Shown: positions 9,337 through 19,761 of the stretch, piece after piece
Layout: each line of letters starts with the position of its first letter
Numbering within the stretch: position 1 is the first letter of the stretch
Assembly: GCA_965198115.1 (NCBI GenBank)
Contig: OZ240241.1
Coordinates: forward strand, 3,456,001 to 3,520,000
Direction: 5' to 3'
DNA length: 64,000 bases
From: Candidatus Latescibacterota bacterium
GTDB taxonomy: Bacteria; Latescibacterota; UBA2968
Notes under the pieces: model-generated
The model's input: only the letters and a program-made list of their open reading frames with translations
What the model was told of the DNA's origin: nothing
Databases searched by the model: none
Position numbers and translations under genes: made by a program

Positions 9337-10734
9337 CTACGTCGCCGCGAGGGCGTCGTCCAACATCTGTCTTCGAACGACGGGGTCCTGCCATCGCAGC
9401 CGGGCATCGGCCGACAGCGTGTCGACCGGGTCGAAATAGAAGAACCGGCGCCCCGGTCGAACGGTCGGGCTGGTGAACACGGCAATGCCGTTTTCTTCAT
9501 CGTACATCTCGTAAGAGTGACCGTCCCGTTTCCCGCCACCCCCCAGCGTGTCCACGATGAAGGTCGGGGTGTTGAACCCTGCCGTCGTGCCACGCAGCCC
9601 CTTTTCGATTTTGATCCCCGCGCGAAGCGTCGTCCGTAGATCTTCCACACCGGCGACCAGATCGTGGAAAAACACGTAGTAGGGTTGGATGTTCAGGTAA
9701 CCCAATCGCTTCGTCAGACATTGCATTGTGGCCAGATCGTCGTTCACACCGCGTTGAAGCACGGCCTGGTTTCGAATCCCCACACCCAACTCCGTCAGCA
9801 GATTCATCGCATCCTGGGTGACACCCGTCATCTCGTTCGGGTGGTTGAAATGCGTGTGCAGCACGACCTCTTTATGCATGGTTCGTCCACGAGCCACGAC
9901 ATCGACGAGCGCATTCCGCCACGCGTCGTCCGTCAGAATCTTCTGAGGCAGGACCGCCGGTCCCTTCGTCGCGAATCGCATTCTGCGAACGTGGTCGATG
10001 TCAAGGAGCGTGTCACCGATTAACCGTATGTGATCGGGCCGGAGGTTGTAGGTGTCCCCACCGCTGATGACGATGTCCTCCAGCTGCGGCGTCCCCCTCA
10101 CGTAGTCGAACACAGCTTCCCAACGTTCCCGATTCACGCTCAAATGGAGTTTCTCGACCTCTTCCGTATCCTGCCCGACGGCATAGCTGCGCGTGCAAAA
10201 GCGGCAGTAGACCGGACACGTGTCGAGCGTCAGAAAGAGGGCCCGATCCGGGTAACGATGTGTGAGACCGGGGACCGGAGAGTCTTCCTGTTCGTGGAGG
10301 GAATCGAGATGCAGTTCGGGGTGATCGGGCAGCGTCGCCGAGCCGAGCGGAAGGAACTGTCGACGGAGGGGATCCTCGACCGGGTGATCCCAGTCGATCA
10401 AGCTCAGAAGGTAGGGTGTGAGTCGGACCGACATGGGCGATTGCCGCAGCCCGTCGGTCAGGTCCCTGTAAAAGGCGCCATTCACGCGATCTCCGAGCAG
10501 GGCCATCAGCTTCCCGACGGAGGTCACGGAATTCCGTGTCTGAAACGTGTGGGTGTGAAAGGTGTCGGAGTCGACGTCGGAAAACCCGGGCAGGCCCCGC
10601 CAGAACTCGTCTCGACGGAACGTCCGATGGTCAGCCCCTGCTTCCATACACGGAGGGTCCGCCAATCGCTCCTCTTCAGTGATCTGCATGCCTTCCTCCT
10701 GATCACCAGCCAATGTGCGCGATCCGTGGCTCAA
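9337..10734 (-). CDS. KamA-family radical SAM/PLP aminomutase (lysine 2,3-aminomutase-like)
   Basis: GLTHRYPD, CPVYCRFCTRSY, ISGGD, HTHFNHP, GGGKR; true start may be a downstream ATG (MQITEE). Confidence 0.9.
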   Translation of the reverse strand: MSHGSRTLAGDQEEGMQITEEERLADPPCMEAGADHRTFRRDEFWRGLPGFSDVDSDTFHTHTFQTRNSVTSVGKLMALLGDRVNGAFYRDLTDGLRQSPMSVRLTPYLLSLIDWDHPVEDPLRRQFLPLGSATLPDHPELHLDSLHEQEDSPVPGLTHRYPDRALFLTLDTCPVYCRFCTRSYAVGQDTEEVEKLHLSVNRERWEAVFDYVRGTPQLEDIVISGGDTYNLRPDHIRLIGDTLLDIDHVRRMRFATKGPAVLPQKILTDDAWRNALVDVVARGRTMHKEVVLHTHFNHPNEMTGVTQDAMNLLTELGVGIRNQAVLQRGVNDDLATMQCLTKRLGYLNIQPYYVFFHDLVAGVEDLRTTLRAGIKIEKGLRGTTAGFNTPTFIVDTLGGGGKRDGHSYEMYDEENGIAVFTSPTVRPGRRFFYFDPVDTLSADARLRWQDPVVRRQMLDDALAAT

Positions 10735-10943
10735 CCTATCTCAGACACATCACCGTGTCAAGCCATCCGCCCCAGAACCCCTCGATCGGTCACACCCGCT
10801 CGGCTTTTAGCATCATCACCGCTTGCCGGAAGTGATTGACAACATTACCTTTACACGCCCTCCACCACACAACCAATCTCGGCCGGAATCGTCTGTTCCG
10901 TCCGACACGCAAAGATCCGAGGATTCGGCCGCTCCCAACTTCT

Positions 10944-13709
10944 ATGCCTCGCGGATTCTTCCTCCTCGTCGGCGCCGCGCTCCTGTTGTTGGCCTACACC
11001 ATGGCCAAGATCAGCGCCCACGTCTACACAGACTACCTCTGGTTTCAGTCGCTCGGTTACGGGTCGACCTTCAAGACGATCGCCCTCGCCCGGTTCGGCA
11101 GCTTTCTCTTCTTCGGCCTCCTCTTCCTCGCCATTGCGACCCCCAACCTGGCGATCGCGAGGCGCTTTGGCCAGCGCACACGTGAAATGCCCCTGGAGGT
11201 CCTTGTCGGGGACGATATGCCCCCGTCGGGACTGTTGCGATTCCAGCGCCAACGGGTCGCGTGGGCAGCTGTCCTACTCACGGGGGCGACGATCATGGGC
11301 ATTGCGGGCACGGCATCGTGGACCGCGGTCCTCAAGTACTTCAATCCCACGACGTTCGGTGTGAAGGACCCGATCTTCGGCCACGACGTTTCACTCTACG
11401 TGTTCCGGCTCCCCCTCCTCAACTTTCTCTACTTTTGGCTGATCGCTACCCTGATCCTCACCGCGATCCTGATTATCGTCTCCTACAACCGCGACCGATC
11501 GATCCGGCACGAGGACGAAACGTGGCAGACGACGCCGTTCGTGCGCTCGCACCTCTCCGGCCTCGGGGCGGGCTTTGCCGTGATCCTGGGCCTGGGCTAC
11601 TGGATCAAGGGATACGAACTCCTCTACTCTTTCCGAAAAAGCGCCTTCTTCGGGGCCGGATACACCGATGTCAACGCACAGCTCCTCGCCTATAGGTTGA
11701 TGATCCTGCTGTCGTTCGCGCTGGCCGGTCTGCTCGTCTACAACCTTCGCTACAAGGGCTGGCGATACCCCCGAGACGGCGCGATCGCCTACGCGGCCTG
11801 CTTGCTGGCGTTCAGCTGGGGCGTACCGATGATCTTCGAGCAACTCGTCGTCCGACCGAACGAGTTGCGGCTGGAATCCCCCTACATCGAGAACTGCATT
11901 CGGTACACGCGAATGGCCTACGGTCTCGATCGAATCGAGGAACGTGACTTCCCGGCAACGGATGGGATTCGAAAAGCAGACCTGAACGAAAACCTCGCGA
12001 CCATCAACAGCATCCCCCTCTGGGATCGCCGTCCCCTCATGGACACCTACGGACAGCTTCAGGAAATCCGTTCCTACTATAACTTTCCAAGTGTCGACGT
12101 CGATCGCTACGTCGTCAACGACGCCTACCGACAGGTCATGCTCGCCGCGCGCGAATTCTCGGTCGAGCAGCTTGCCCTGCAGGGCGAGACGTGGGTGAAC
12201 CGTCATCTCGTCTACACCCACGGCCACGGCGTCGTCATGAGTCCGGCCAACGAAATCGCCAGCGATGGGCTCCCGAGCTTCTACATCAAAGACATTCCGC
12301 CCGTGTCCGATCTCTTTGACATCGAGCGTCCCGAGATCTACTACGGTGAAGACATGCGCGACTATGTCATCGTCCGCACGAAAACCCAGGAATTCGACTA
12401 TCCCCGTGGGGACGAAAACGTCTACACGACCTACCGGGGACGCGGAGGTGTGCGCCTCGACAGCCTCTTTCGTCGCCTTGCGTTCGCCCTGCGCTTCGCG
12501 GACCCGTTTCTCCTCGTCACCAACGACCTGACGCAGCAGAGTCGGATCCTGTTCGACCGCCACATCGGAACGAGGTTTGGAGAGTCTGGACCGCGCCGTT
12601 TCTCAAAGCTTGCACCATTCCTCCAGTTCGATGCCGACCCCTACCTCGTCGTCGCGAACGGTCGACTCTTCTGGATACAGGACGCCTACACGATCTCCAA
12701 CATGTTCCCCTACTCCGAGCCTTACGGGCGCCCCTACATTCGCGAGCTGAACTACATGCGCAACACCGTCAAGGTCGTGATGGACGCGTATGACGGCTCG
12801 GTAGAGTTCTACGTATGGGACGACAGCGACCCGATCGTTCGGACCTTCCACGCGATTTTCCCAAACCTGTTCAAAGACGCGGGCGAGATGCCCGAATCGC
12901 TGCGGGCGCACATCCGCTATCCGACCGATCTGTTCAGGGCGCAGACCCAACTCTACAACACGTATCACATGACCTCACCCCAGGTCTACTACAACCGCGA
13001 GGACGTCTGGGAGCCGGCATCGGAGGTTTACGGAATCGGCGAGAGAACCCGCGAGGTCTCCCCCTATTACATCATCCTCCGTCTGCCCGACGGCGCAACC
13101 GAGGAATTCGTCCTCATGCAACCGGTGACGCCACGCGGTAAAGACAACATGATCGCCTGGCTTCTGGCCCGGATCGACGGCCCCGAATACGGACGGTTGA
13201 TCGTCTACAAAATGCCCAAAGAGAAGCTCATCTACGGGCCGATGCTCATCGAGCGACGCATCGACCAGGACACTGACGTCTCACGAGAAATCACGCTGTG
13301 GAGCCAGCGAGGGTCGGACGTGATACGGGGCAACCTCCTCATCGTCCCGATGGGCCGATCGTTCGTCTACGTCGAACCCCTCTACCTTCGAGCGACGCAG
13401 AGTGGGATGCCCGAACTCAAACGTGTGCTGGCGGTCAACGGTGAGAAGGTGGCCATGGCAGAGAACCTGATCGACGCGCTCGAGGCCACCCTCGACGGAG
13501 CGGGGCCCGAAGTCGAAGCGTCGCAACCGCAGGTCCCCGAGACCGTGGACCTGCGATCCCTCTCTGCCGCGGCCCTGGACGCTTACAGGGAAGCCCTCGC
13601 TCTGCTTCGGGACGGGGACTTCGCCGCCTACGGCGACCGCGTAAAGCGACTCGGCGAGACGCTCGAAGCCCTTCACAAAGAGACCGCACGTGAGCCCCGA
13701 ACGGACTGA
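10944..13709 (+). CDS. UPF0182-family membrane protein
   Basis: YTDYLWFQSLGY, DPIFGHDVSLYVF, GAGYTDV, NRHLVYTHGHG, YVEPLYL. Confidence 0.92.
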   Translation: MPRGFFLLVGAALLLLAYTMAKISAHVYTDYLWFQSLGYGSTFKTIALARFGSFLFFGLLFLAIATPNLAIARRFGQRTREMPLEVLVGDDMPPSGLLRFQRQRVAWAAVLLTGATIMGIAGTASWTAVLKYFNPTTFGVKDPIFGHDVSLYVFRLPLLNFLYFWLIATLILTAILIIVSYNRDRSIRHEDETWQTTPFVRSHLSGLGAGFAVILGLGYWIKGYELLYSFRKSAFFGAGYTDVNAQLLAYRLMILLSFALAGLLVYNLRYKGWRYPRDGAIAYAACLLAFSWGVPMIFEQLVVRPNELRLESPYIENCIRYTRMAYGLDRIEERDFPATDGIRKADLNENLATINSIPLWDRRPLMDTYGQLQEIRSYYNFPSVDVDRYVVNDAYRQVMLAAREFSVEQLALQGETWVNRHLVYTHGHGVVMSPANEIASDGLPSFYIKDIPPVSDLFDIERPEIYYGEDMRDYVIVRTKTQEFDYPRGDENVYTTYRGRGGVRLDSLFRRLAFALRFADPFLLVTNDLTQQSRILFDRHIGTRFGESGPRRFSKLAPFLQFDADPYLVVANGRLFWIQDAYTISNMFPYSEPYGRPYIRELNYMRNTVKVVMDAYDGSVEFYVWDDSDPIVRTFHAIFPNLFKDAGEMPESLRAHIRYPTDLFRAQTQLYNTYHMTSPQVYYNREDVWEPASEVYGIGERTREVSPYYIILRLPDGATEEFVLMQPVTPRGKDNMIAWLLARIDGPEYGRLIVYKMPKEKLIYGPMLIERRIDQDTDVSREITLWSQRGSDVIRGNLLIVPMGRSFVYVEPLYLRATQSGMPELKRVLAVNGEKVAMAENLIDALEATLDGAGPEVEASQPQVPETVDLRSLSAAALDAYREALALLRDGDFAAYGDRVKRLGETLEALHKETAREPRTD

Positions 13710-14613
13710 GGCTCCCTCCCGGTGGGCCGAGCTTACGACCGAGCGTCGCAATCCTCGCACGAGGTCGATCGATTGCGCGAACACCCTCGAAATCGTGACC
13801 CTGATGAACGACGAGGACCGACTCGTCCCCGAAGCTGTGGGGCAGGTCGCCGACCGGATCGCTGAAGCCGTCGATCTGGTGGTCGAAAGATTTCGAAAGG
13901 GAGGGCGTCTGTTCTACGTGGGCGCTGGCACGAGCGGTCGGCTCGGGGTCCTCGACGCCGCCGAATGCCCACCCACCTTCGGGACGGACCCGTCGCTCGT
14001 GCAGGGTTTGATCGCGGGGGGACCCGAGGCCCTCGTTCGATCGCAAGAAGGCGCAGAGGATCGTGCCGTTGACGGGGGCGATGAACTCGACCATCACGGC
14101 GTATGTGAAGGCGACATCGTCGTGGGAATCGCGGCCAGCGGCGTGACGCCCTACGTGACCGGCGCCCTCGCTCACGCAAGAACCCTCGGTGCCGCCACCG
14201 TTTTCCTGACGTGCAATCCGCAGGCGGCATCGAGCGTGGAGGTCGACGTCCTGATCGCGCCCGACGTCGGTCCCGAAGCGATCGCGGGGTCCACGCGACT
14301 CAAAGCCGGGACCGCGACGAAGCTCGTCCTCAACACACTCACGACGGCGAGCATGATTCGTCTGGGCAAAGTCTACGAGAACCTGATGGTCGACCTCAGG
14401 CCATCGTGCGACAAACTCCGCGATCGGTCGCGGCGGATCCTGGCTGCCATCACCGACGTGGCATCCGACGACATCGACGACCTCCTCGACCGCGCCGGCG
14501 GAGAGCTCAAGACGGCGATCGTCATGCAAAAGCGGGCCGTCTCCGCAGAGACCGCCCGCATTTTGCTCCGTCAACACGATGGGGCCGTCAAGGCCGCCAT
14601 CGAGTCAGATTGA
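13690..14613 (+). CDS. murQ: N-acetylmuramic acid 6-phosphate etherase
   Basis: TERRNP, GAGTSGRLGVLDAAECPPTF, GSTRLKAGTATKLVLN, NLMVD. Confidence 0.96.
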   Translation: MSPERTEAPSRWAELTTERRNPRTRSIDCANTLEIVTLMNDEDRLVPEAVGQVADRIAEAVDLVVERFRKGGRLFYVGAGTSGRLGVLDAAECPPTFGTDPSLVQGLIAGGPEALVRSQEGAEDRAVDGGDELDHHGVCEGDIVVGIAASGVTPYVTGALAHARTLGAATVFLTCNPQAASSVEVDVLIAPDVGPEAIAGSTRLKAGTATKLVLNTLTTASMIRLGKVYENLMVDLRPSCDKLRDRSRRILAAITDVASDDIDDLLDRAGGELKTAIVMQKRAVSAETARILLRQHDGAVKAAIESD

Positions 14614-16152
14614 TCAGCTCTTGTTGTAAAAATTCTTCACCAGATCGTCCAAGTACGCCTTGGGCGCCTCCACCGTAGCGCGCTCGATCGTGAACCGGTC
14701 GTGTCCCAGCAGCTTCAGTCCGTGTCCGTAATCGTCGAATAACCTGCCAGAGAGCGCGTCGACCGTCGTGCCTTCCTCATCGGCTCGATTCGCCAGCAGC
14801 ACAAGTGCGTCGGGCTCGAAGTCGAGCACGATCCCGTAAGCGTCGTGGAAACGTCCGACGAAGTCCTTCACCTGATGGGACTCGAGCAGATGGGCGAGCG
14901 CGCCGCCGGGATCCTCCACCAGGTCGCGTGTGACGACGAGTGCCCGTACGTCGGTCGAGGGAAGCCGCTTCTCGAACTTGAGCAGCACCCGCTCGGCCAC
15001 ACTGACCAAACTGCGAGCCCCCGTCTGCTCTTCGGCCGCGTGCTCGGCCATGAGGCGCAGGGCATCATCCTCGAACGACAGATCGATGCCGTAGGCCTGA
15101 AAGTCTCGTTTCTTGCCGACCGTCACCGAGCAGTTCGGATTCTTCAAAATGTCGTAGAGGTCATCGACGCCGAGGGGGACGAGGTTGGCGACTACCGGCA
15201 GCCGTCCGATGAACTCTGATTCGAACCCGAATTCGATCAAGTCCTCCGATCGCAACGCAGAAAGGTGGGCCGATCGGTCTTCAGTACGATCCTCACCCGC
15301 CCGGAATCCGACGCGGGTCTTGTCCATACGGCGTCGAACGATGTCATCGAGACCGTTGAATGCTCCGCTCACGATAAAAAGGATGTTCCGGGTGTTCACC
15401 TTTTTCCGCTCGACCTTGCCGCTTCGCTGAAACTGCATCATCGATTCCATTTGCGACGCCAGATCGTTCGGTGACTTCAGGTCGACCTCCGTCTCCTCCA
15501 TCATCTTGAGCAGGTTGCGCTGGACGCCCGTATGGGACACATCGGGACCGACCGTGTCCCGGCTCGAGGCGATCTTGTCGATTTCGTCGATGTAGATGAT
15601 CCCGTACTGAGCCTTTTCGATGCTGCCATCGGCCTCGTGTACGAGTTCACGCACCAGATCCTCGACGTCGCCTCCCACATAGCCCGTTTCGCTGAACTTG
15701 GTCGCGTCCCCTTTGACGAAGGGCACGCCAATGCGGTCGGCGATCAGCTTGACCAGGTAAGTCTTGCCGACACCGGTCGGACCGATCAACATGATATTGT
15801 TCTTGATGTTACCGACGAATCCACCCTTGAACGTTTCGTCTTCCCGGTCTAACTTCATACGGCTGTAGTGCGTGCAGATCTTGGTGGCCAGAATCTCCTT
15901 GGCCTGGTCCTGCTTCACGACGTATTCATCCAGGTAGGACTCGAGTTCTTCGGGCTTTAGGTCAAATTCGATCGTCTCGTCGACCGGCTGGGGCTCCGCT
16001 TCGACACCCGCCTTGGAACCGTCGACCTGCATTTCCGGAAAAACGACCTGTGCCCCGTATTTGTTTTCAATGAACTCTTTCAGATCCTTCTGGAGATCCG
16101 CAGGGTTCACCGGGCGCTGCTCCGACATGCCGACTCCTTGCTCTTTAGTCAC
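14614..16152 (-). CDS. ClpX-like AAA+ ATPase lacking the N-terminal zinc-binding domain, with duplicated C-terminal small domain
   Basis: GPTGVGKT, GYVGGDVE, IDEIDKI, GVQRNLL, EFIGRLP, TGARSL; no CxxC N-domain; start may be ATG 16128. Confidence 0.85.
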   Translation of the reverse strand: MTKEQGVGMSEQRPVNPADLQKDLKEFIENKYGAQVVFPEMQVDGSKAGVEAEPQPVDETIEFDLKPEELESYLDEYVVKQDQAKEILATKICTHYSRMKLDREDETFKGGFVGNIKNNIMLIGPTGVGKTYLVKLIADRIGVPFVKGDATKFSETGYVGGDVEDLVRELVHEADGSIEKAQYGIIYIDEIDKIASSRDTVGPDVSHTGVQRNLLKMMEETEVDLKSPNDLASQMESMMQFQRSGKVERKKVNTRNILFIVSGAFNGLDDIVRRRMDKTRVGFRAGEDRTEDRSAHLSALRSEDLIEFGFESEFIGRLPVVANLVPLGVDDLYDILKNPNCSVTVGKKRDFQAYGIDLSFEDDALRLMAEHAAEEQTGARSLVSVAERVLLKFEKRLPSTDVRALVVTRDLVEDPGGALAHLLESHQVKDFVGRFHDAYGIVLDFEPDALVLLANRADEEGTTVDALSGRLFDDYGHGLKLLGHDRFTIERATVEAPKAYLDDLVKNFYNKS

Positions 16153-16256
16153 AAGTTATTGTATTTAAACTACTAGTCTGCCTGCGACAAGCGGTAACGA
16201 TACCCGGACGACCGGCGCTTGTCAAGCCGGCTCGGCCCCACGACCGGAGAAACGGA

Positions 16257-16742
16257 ATGAACAAGACCCAGCAAGCGGACATCATCCGCCGCATACCGAT
16301 CCTGAAGGGCTTTTCCGAAGAGCAGATACAAAAGATCCTCGCCGTGTGCACCGAAGAGGCATTCAAAGAGGGCGACATGCTGTTCGAGGAAGGGGCCGAA
16401 AGCCGAAACATCTTCATCCTTCTCTCCGGGATCCTTCAAGTTCGGACACCGACCGGCGGAGAAATCGCCACCATCGGAAAAATGGGTGTCGTCGGCGAAA
16501 TGGGTGTCCTCACCGATCTGCCCAGGGCTGCCTGCGTCGTCTCCCTCAAAGATTCGGAGACCATGTGCATCGGGAAAGAGGAGCTGTTCGGTCTGATCCT
16601 CCAGGACCCGAACATGGGCTATCGTATTTTCCGGAATGTCACGCACATCCTTGCCGAACGGCTGAGGGACAACAACATCCTCCTCGAGCAGCAGTATCTC
16701 GTTCTCGACGACCTCGTAGGCGGTGGCCGCGGGGGACAGTGA
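16257..16742 (+). CDS. Stand-alone cyclic nucleotide-binding domain protein
   Basis: LFEEG, GEMGVLTDLPRAA phosphate-binding cassette; no HTH. Confidence 0.88.
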   Translation: MNKTQQADIIRRIPILKGFSEEQIQKILAVCTEEAFKEGDMLFEEGAESRNIFILLSGILQVRTPTGGEIATIGKMGVVGEMGVLTDLPRAACVVSLKDSETMCIGKEELFGLILQDPNMGYRIFRNVTHILAERLRDNNILLEQQYLVLDDLVGGGRGGQ

Positions 16743-18442
16743 ACCTCAGCTACTTCACGCTCAGACGTCTGACCGACGACCTGCAACGGCTCGTCGGCGA
16801 TCGCGTCGAGCGTGCCGCCCTGTCGCCCCCGAACAGCCTCACCCTCTCCTTCGGGAGGGGCGGCCGAAGGTCTCACCTCTACTTCTCCGCATCCAGAACA
16901 CAGGGCCGGGCGTGCCTGATTCCCAACCTGCCCGCAGCCAGCGCCGATCGTCCTGTCTGGCTGGATCGAAACCTCGAAGGCGCTGTCCTCCGCACACTCG
17001 AGCAGACCCCCTACGAACGTCTGCTCACGTTCAGCTTCGAGAGACGTGACCGACTGGGTGACACGTTTCGCACCCACCTGATCGCGGAACTCATCGGCCG
17101 AAACGCCAACCTCATCGTAGTGAACCCCGATACGGGCCGGATCGTCCACGCCCTCCGGCACGTCAAGGGTGAAAGCCGCCGGATCCTGCCCGGCCGCATC
17201 TACGAACCCCCGGCCCCTCAAGACCGCGTTCCGCCCGACGACCTGGCGGTCGATACGTTGGTCGCCGCGTTCGATCAACACAAGACGGCGGTAGGCGCCC
17301 TGTGCGGCGTCCTACCCGGAATGGACCCGCTCACAGCTGCCGAGGTCCTGCATCGATCGACAAGTCCGTCCCCGATGGACGTCTTAAGAACGCTCCAGAG
17401 CTTTTACACATCGCCTCCGTTCGCGCCGGAAGCTTACATCCTCTTGAACGCTCGAGGGGGCAAACCGGTCACGCCTTTCCACCTGACGCACCTGGACCAG
17501 GGTGACCTCTTGCCCCATCCCGACATCAGCGCCGCGATCGAAGCCGCCATCGAGGGAGAGCAGAAGCAGGCCACGGCAAAGGGACGATTCAAGGACCTCC
17601 GGCGGCTGCTCGGGCGGCGGATCAAATCTCTCCGCTCCCGGTGCGAGAAGATCGAGAGGGACATCGAAGCGGCCGAAAACGCCGACCAGCTCGAACGCAT
17701 CGGCAGTCTCATTTTGGCCCAACTCGACGCGGTTCCGTCCAACGTGTCGACCGTCACCCTTCGCGACCTCTACACCGACGGCGAACCCCCGATCGAGATC
17801 CAGCTCGACTCGAAGCGGTCACCCCTCGAAAACGGCAGCCGCTACCTTCGACGAGCGAAAAAACTGACGAAATCCAAGCCGATCCTCCTACGACGTCTCG
17901 CCAAGAGCCGTGTCGAACTCGCGGAACTCGAGCGACGGAGCGACGAACTGGCCGGTGTCGAGGACGAAGCACGGCTCGAGACCCTTCACGAAGCCCTGGT
18001 GGCCGACGGTCTCGTTCGCCCCCCCAAGCGGCGACCCAAACCCGCAAGCGGGCGAGGCGCGGGCGACATTCATCCACGCCGCTACCTCACATCCGACGGA
18101 TGGGAAGTCTGGGTGGGACGAAACGACGCGGAAAACGACCGCCTCAGCCGCGTCGTCCCTAAAACCGACATCTGGATGCACGCTCAGGGATGTTCGGGGT
18201 CGCACGTCGTTCTCAGGAGAAAAACACCGAACGCCGATCCCACGCCGACCGCCCTCGTGGAAGCCGCAGCCCTCGCCGCCTACTGGAGCAAGGCCCGTGG
18301 TGCACGTACGGTGCCCGTCAACTACACCGAAGCCCGCCACGTACAAAAACCCAGGGGCGCGCCCCCGGGTCTGGTCACTATCCGAAACGAGAAAACGATC
18401 TTCGTCGAACCCCGCGAGATTCGTAAAGTCGACGAAACGTAG
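16739..18442 (+). CDS. rqcH: RqcH/NEMF (NFACT, FbpA/DUF814) ribosome quality-control factor
   Basis: GTG start overlapping upstream TGA; ELIGRNANLI, coiled coil, VGRNDAENDRL, DIWMHAQGCSGSHV, VPVNYT. Confidence 0.88.
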   Translation: MNLSYFTLRRLTDDLQRLVGDRVERAALSPPNSLTLSFGRGGRRSHLYFSASRTQGRACLIPNLPAASADRPVWLDRNLEGAVLRTLEQTPYERLLTFSFERRDRLGDTFRTHLIAELIGRNANLIVVNPDTGRIVHALRHVKGESRRILPGRIYEPPAPQDRVPPDDLAVDTLVAAFDQHKTAVGALCGVLPGMDPLTAAEVLHRSTSPSPMDVLRTLQSFYTSPPFAPEAYILLNARGGKPVTPFHLTHLDQGDLLPHPDISAAIEAAIEGEQKQATAKGRFKDLRRLLGRRIKSLRSRCEKIERDIEAAENADQLERIGSLILAQLDAVPSNVSTVTLRDLYTDGEPPIEIQLDSKRSPLENGSRYLRRAKKLTKSKPILLRRLAKSRVELAELERRSDELAGVEDEARLETLHEALVADGLVRPPKRRPKPASGRGAGDIHPRRYLTSDGWEVWVGRNDAENDRLSRVVPKTDIWMHAQGCSGSHVVLRRKTPNADPTPTALVEAAALAAYWSKARGARTVPVNYTEARHVQKPRGAPPGLVTIRNEKTIFVEPREIRKVDET

Positions 18443-18501
18443 ACCCTGGGCGTTCCGAGACACTCGCGCCATCGTAAGTCACGTCCAACCCTTCACACCA
18501 G

Positions 18502-19245
18502 TCAGATTTCAGACACATAGATCACGCGAACCTCCCGGTCGGGATTCGGGGCACCCGCGTTCTCGAGCAGATTCTTCAGGTCCAGTTCGAGCGCCAGACG
18601 TTTTCCGATCGTCCAGCGGACTGCCGCGTTCAAGTAGCCGCGGTCTGACCTCGCGATCCCCGATCCATCGTCGTTCCACCCGAAGTGATATTCTGCGACC
18701 ATCCAGAGCCGTCGTGCGACGTCGACATCGACTCCGGCGAACACGGTCAGGTCGTCGTCCCCGTCTCCGTCCTCCAGACTGCGGTTCAACCCGAAGTGAA
18801 CACCACCCTCCCCGACCGGATTCCGGTAGTTCCTGCTGAACACCCCGTAGAACCCGAGGGATTTGGTGGCATACCGCGCGAGCGTCCCGTCGTAGGCTCC
18901 GAACCCCTGGGAACGAAACCCGATGGCGAACGCCGGTCGTTTCAGGGTCTCGTCGAGCACGCGGATTCGGAGTCCCACCCCAGGACGCGGATTCCAGTTG
19001 GCGTCGCCGCGGCCCAACAGACCTTGCCCCCCGAACGACACACCGATCAGGATTCGTTGCCACATAGACGTCGATACGTCGGCGAGAAGACCGTCACCAC
19101 CGTAAAACCGAGCATCCATCGCAACGGTCCGGTCGGGCAACATACCGGCGGTCGGTGCTTCGATCAGCCAGCGAGGTTGGTACGGCCCCTGCGCGAACAC
19201 GACGCAGGGCAGCAGAAGGAGGACCCCTCCCCACGTCTGTCTCAC
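18502..19245 (-). CDS. Exported YjbH-like outer-membrane beta-barrel protein
   Basis: Signal peptide, LIEAPTAGML, amphipathic beta strands. Confidence 0.65.
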   Translation of the reverse strand: MRQTWGGVLLLLPCVVFAQGPYQPRWLIEAPTAGMLPDRTVAMDARFYGGDGLLADVSTSMWQRILIGVSFGGQGLLGRGDANWNPRPGVGLRIRVLDETLKRPAFAIGFRSQGFGAYDGTLARYATKSLGFYGVFSRNYRNPVGEGGVHFGLNRSLEDGDGDDDLTVFAGVDVDVARRLWMVAEYHFGWNDDGSGIARSDRGYLNAAVRWTIGKRLALELDLKNLLENAGAPNPDREVRVIYVSEI

Positions 19246-19724
19246 CTACGTCCCCCACGCACCGTCAAGGTCCTCGAGCACGCATCCAGAGGGTCCATCT
19301 GAATCCGCCACGCCGTCTCGGGCAACACATCGCCGGCGTAAGCCGCCCATTCGATCAGACAGACCCCTTCACCGTAGAAATAGTCTTCGCACCCCAGATC
19401 GATCAGCTCGTCGACTCCACCCAGCCGGTAGAGATCGAAGTGGTAGACCATCAGTGGGCGGCCACCTCCATCCCTCCCGGCGTATTCGTTGATCAAGACG
19501 AACGTCGGGCTCGTCACCGGGTCCCGGACGCCGAATCCGGTGCAGATGCCCTGGATCAGACACGTCTTCCCGGCCCCGAGATCGCCGTCCAGACCCACAC
19601 AGTCGCCGGGTTGCAGTTTAATGGCCAGCGATGCGCCGAAGCGTTGCGTCTCCGCCGCCGAGCGGGTCACCACAATCCGCGATTCGTCGTCTTCGTCCGC
19701 CTGCTCGGAGAGCGCCCTTGTCAT
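19242..19724 (-). CDS. tsaE: tRNA threonylcarbamoyladenosine biosynthesis ATPase TsaE
   Basis: GDLGAGKT, VTSPTF, YHFDLYRL, IEWA. Confidence 0.96.
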   Translation of the reverse strand: MTRALSEQADEDDESRIVVTRSAAETQRFGASLAIKLQPGDCVGLDGDLGAGKTCLIQGICTGFGVRDPVTSPTFVLINEYAGRDGGGRPLMVYHFDLYRLGGVDELIDLGCEDYFYGEGVCLIEWAAYAGDVLPETAWRIQMDPLDACSRTLTVRGGRR

Positions 19725-19761
19725 ACCAGTCCTTCGAGCTCGAAACAACGCAGTGGGAAAC

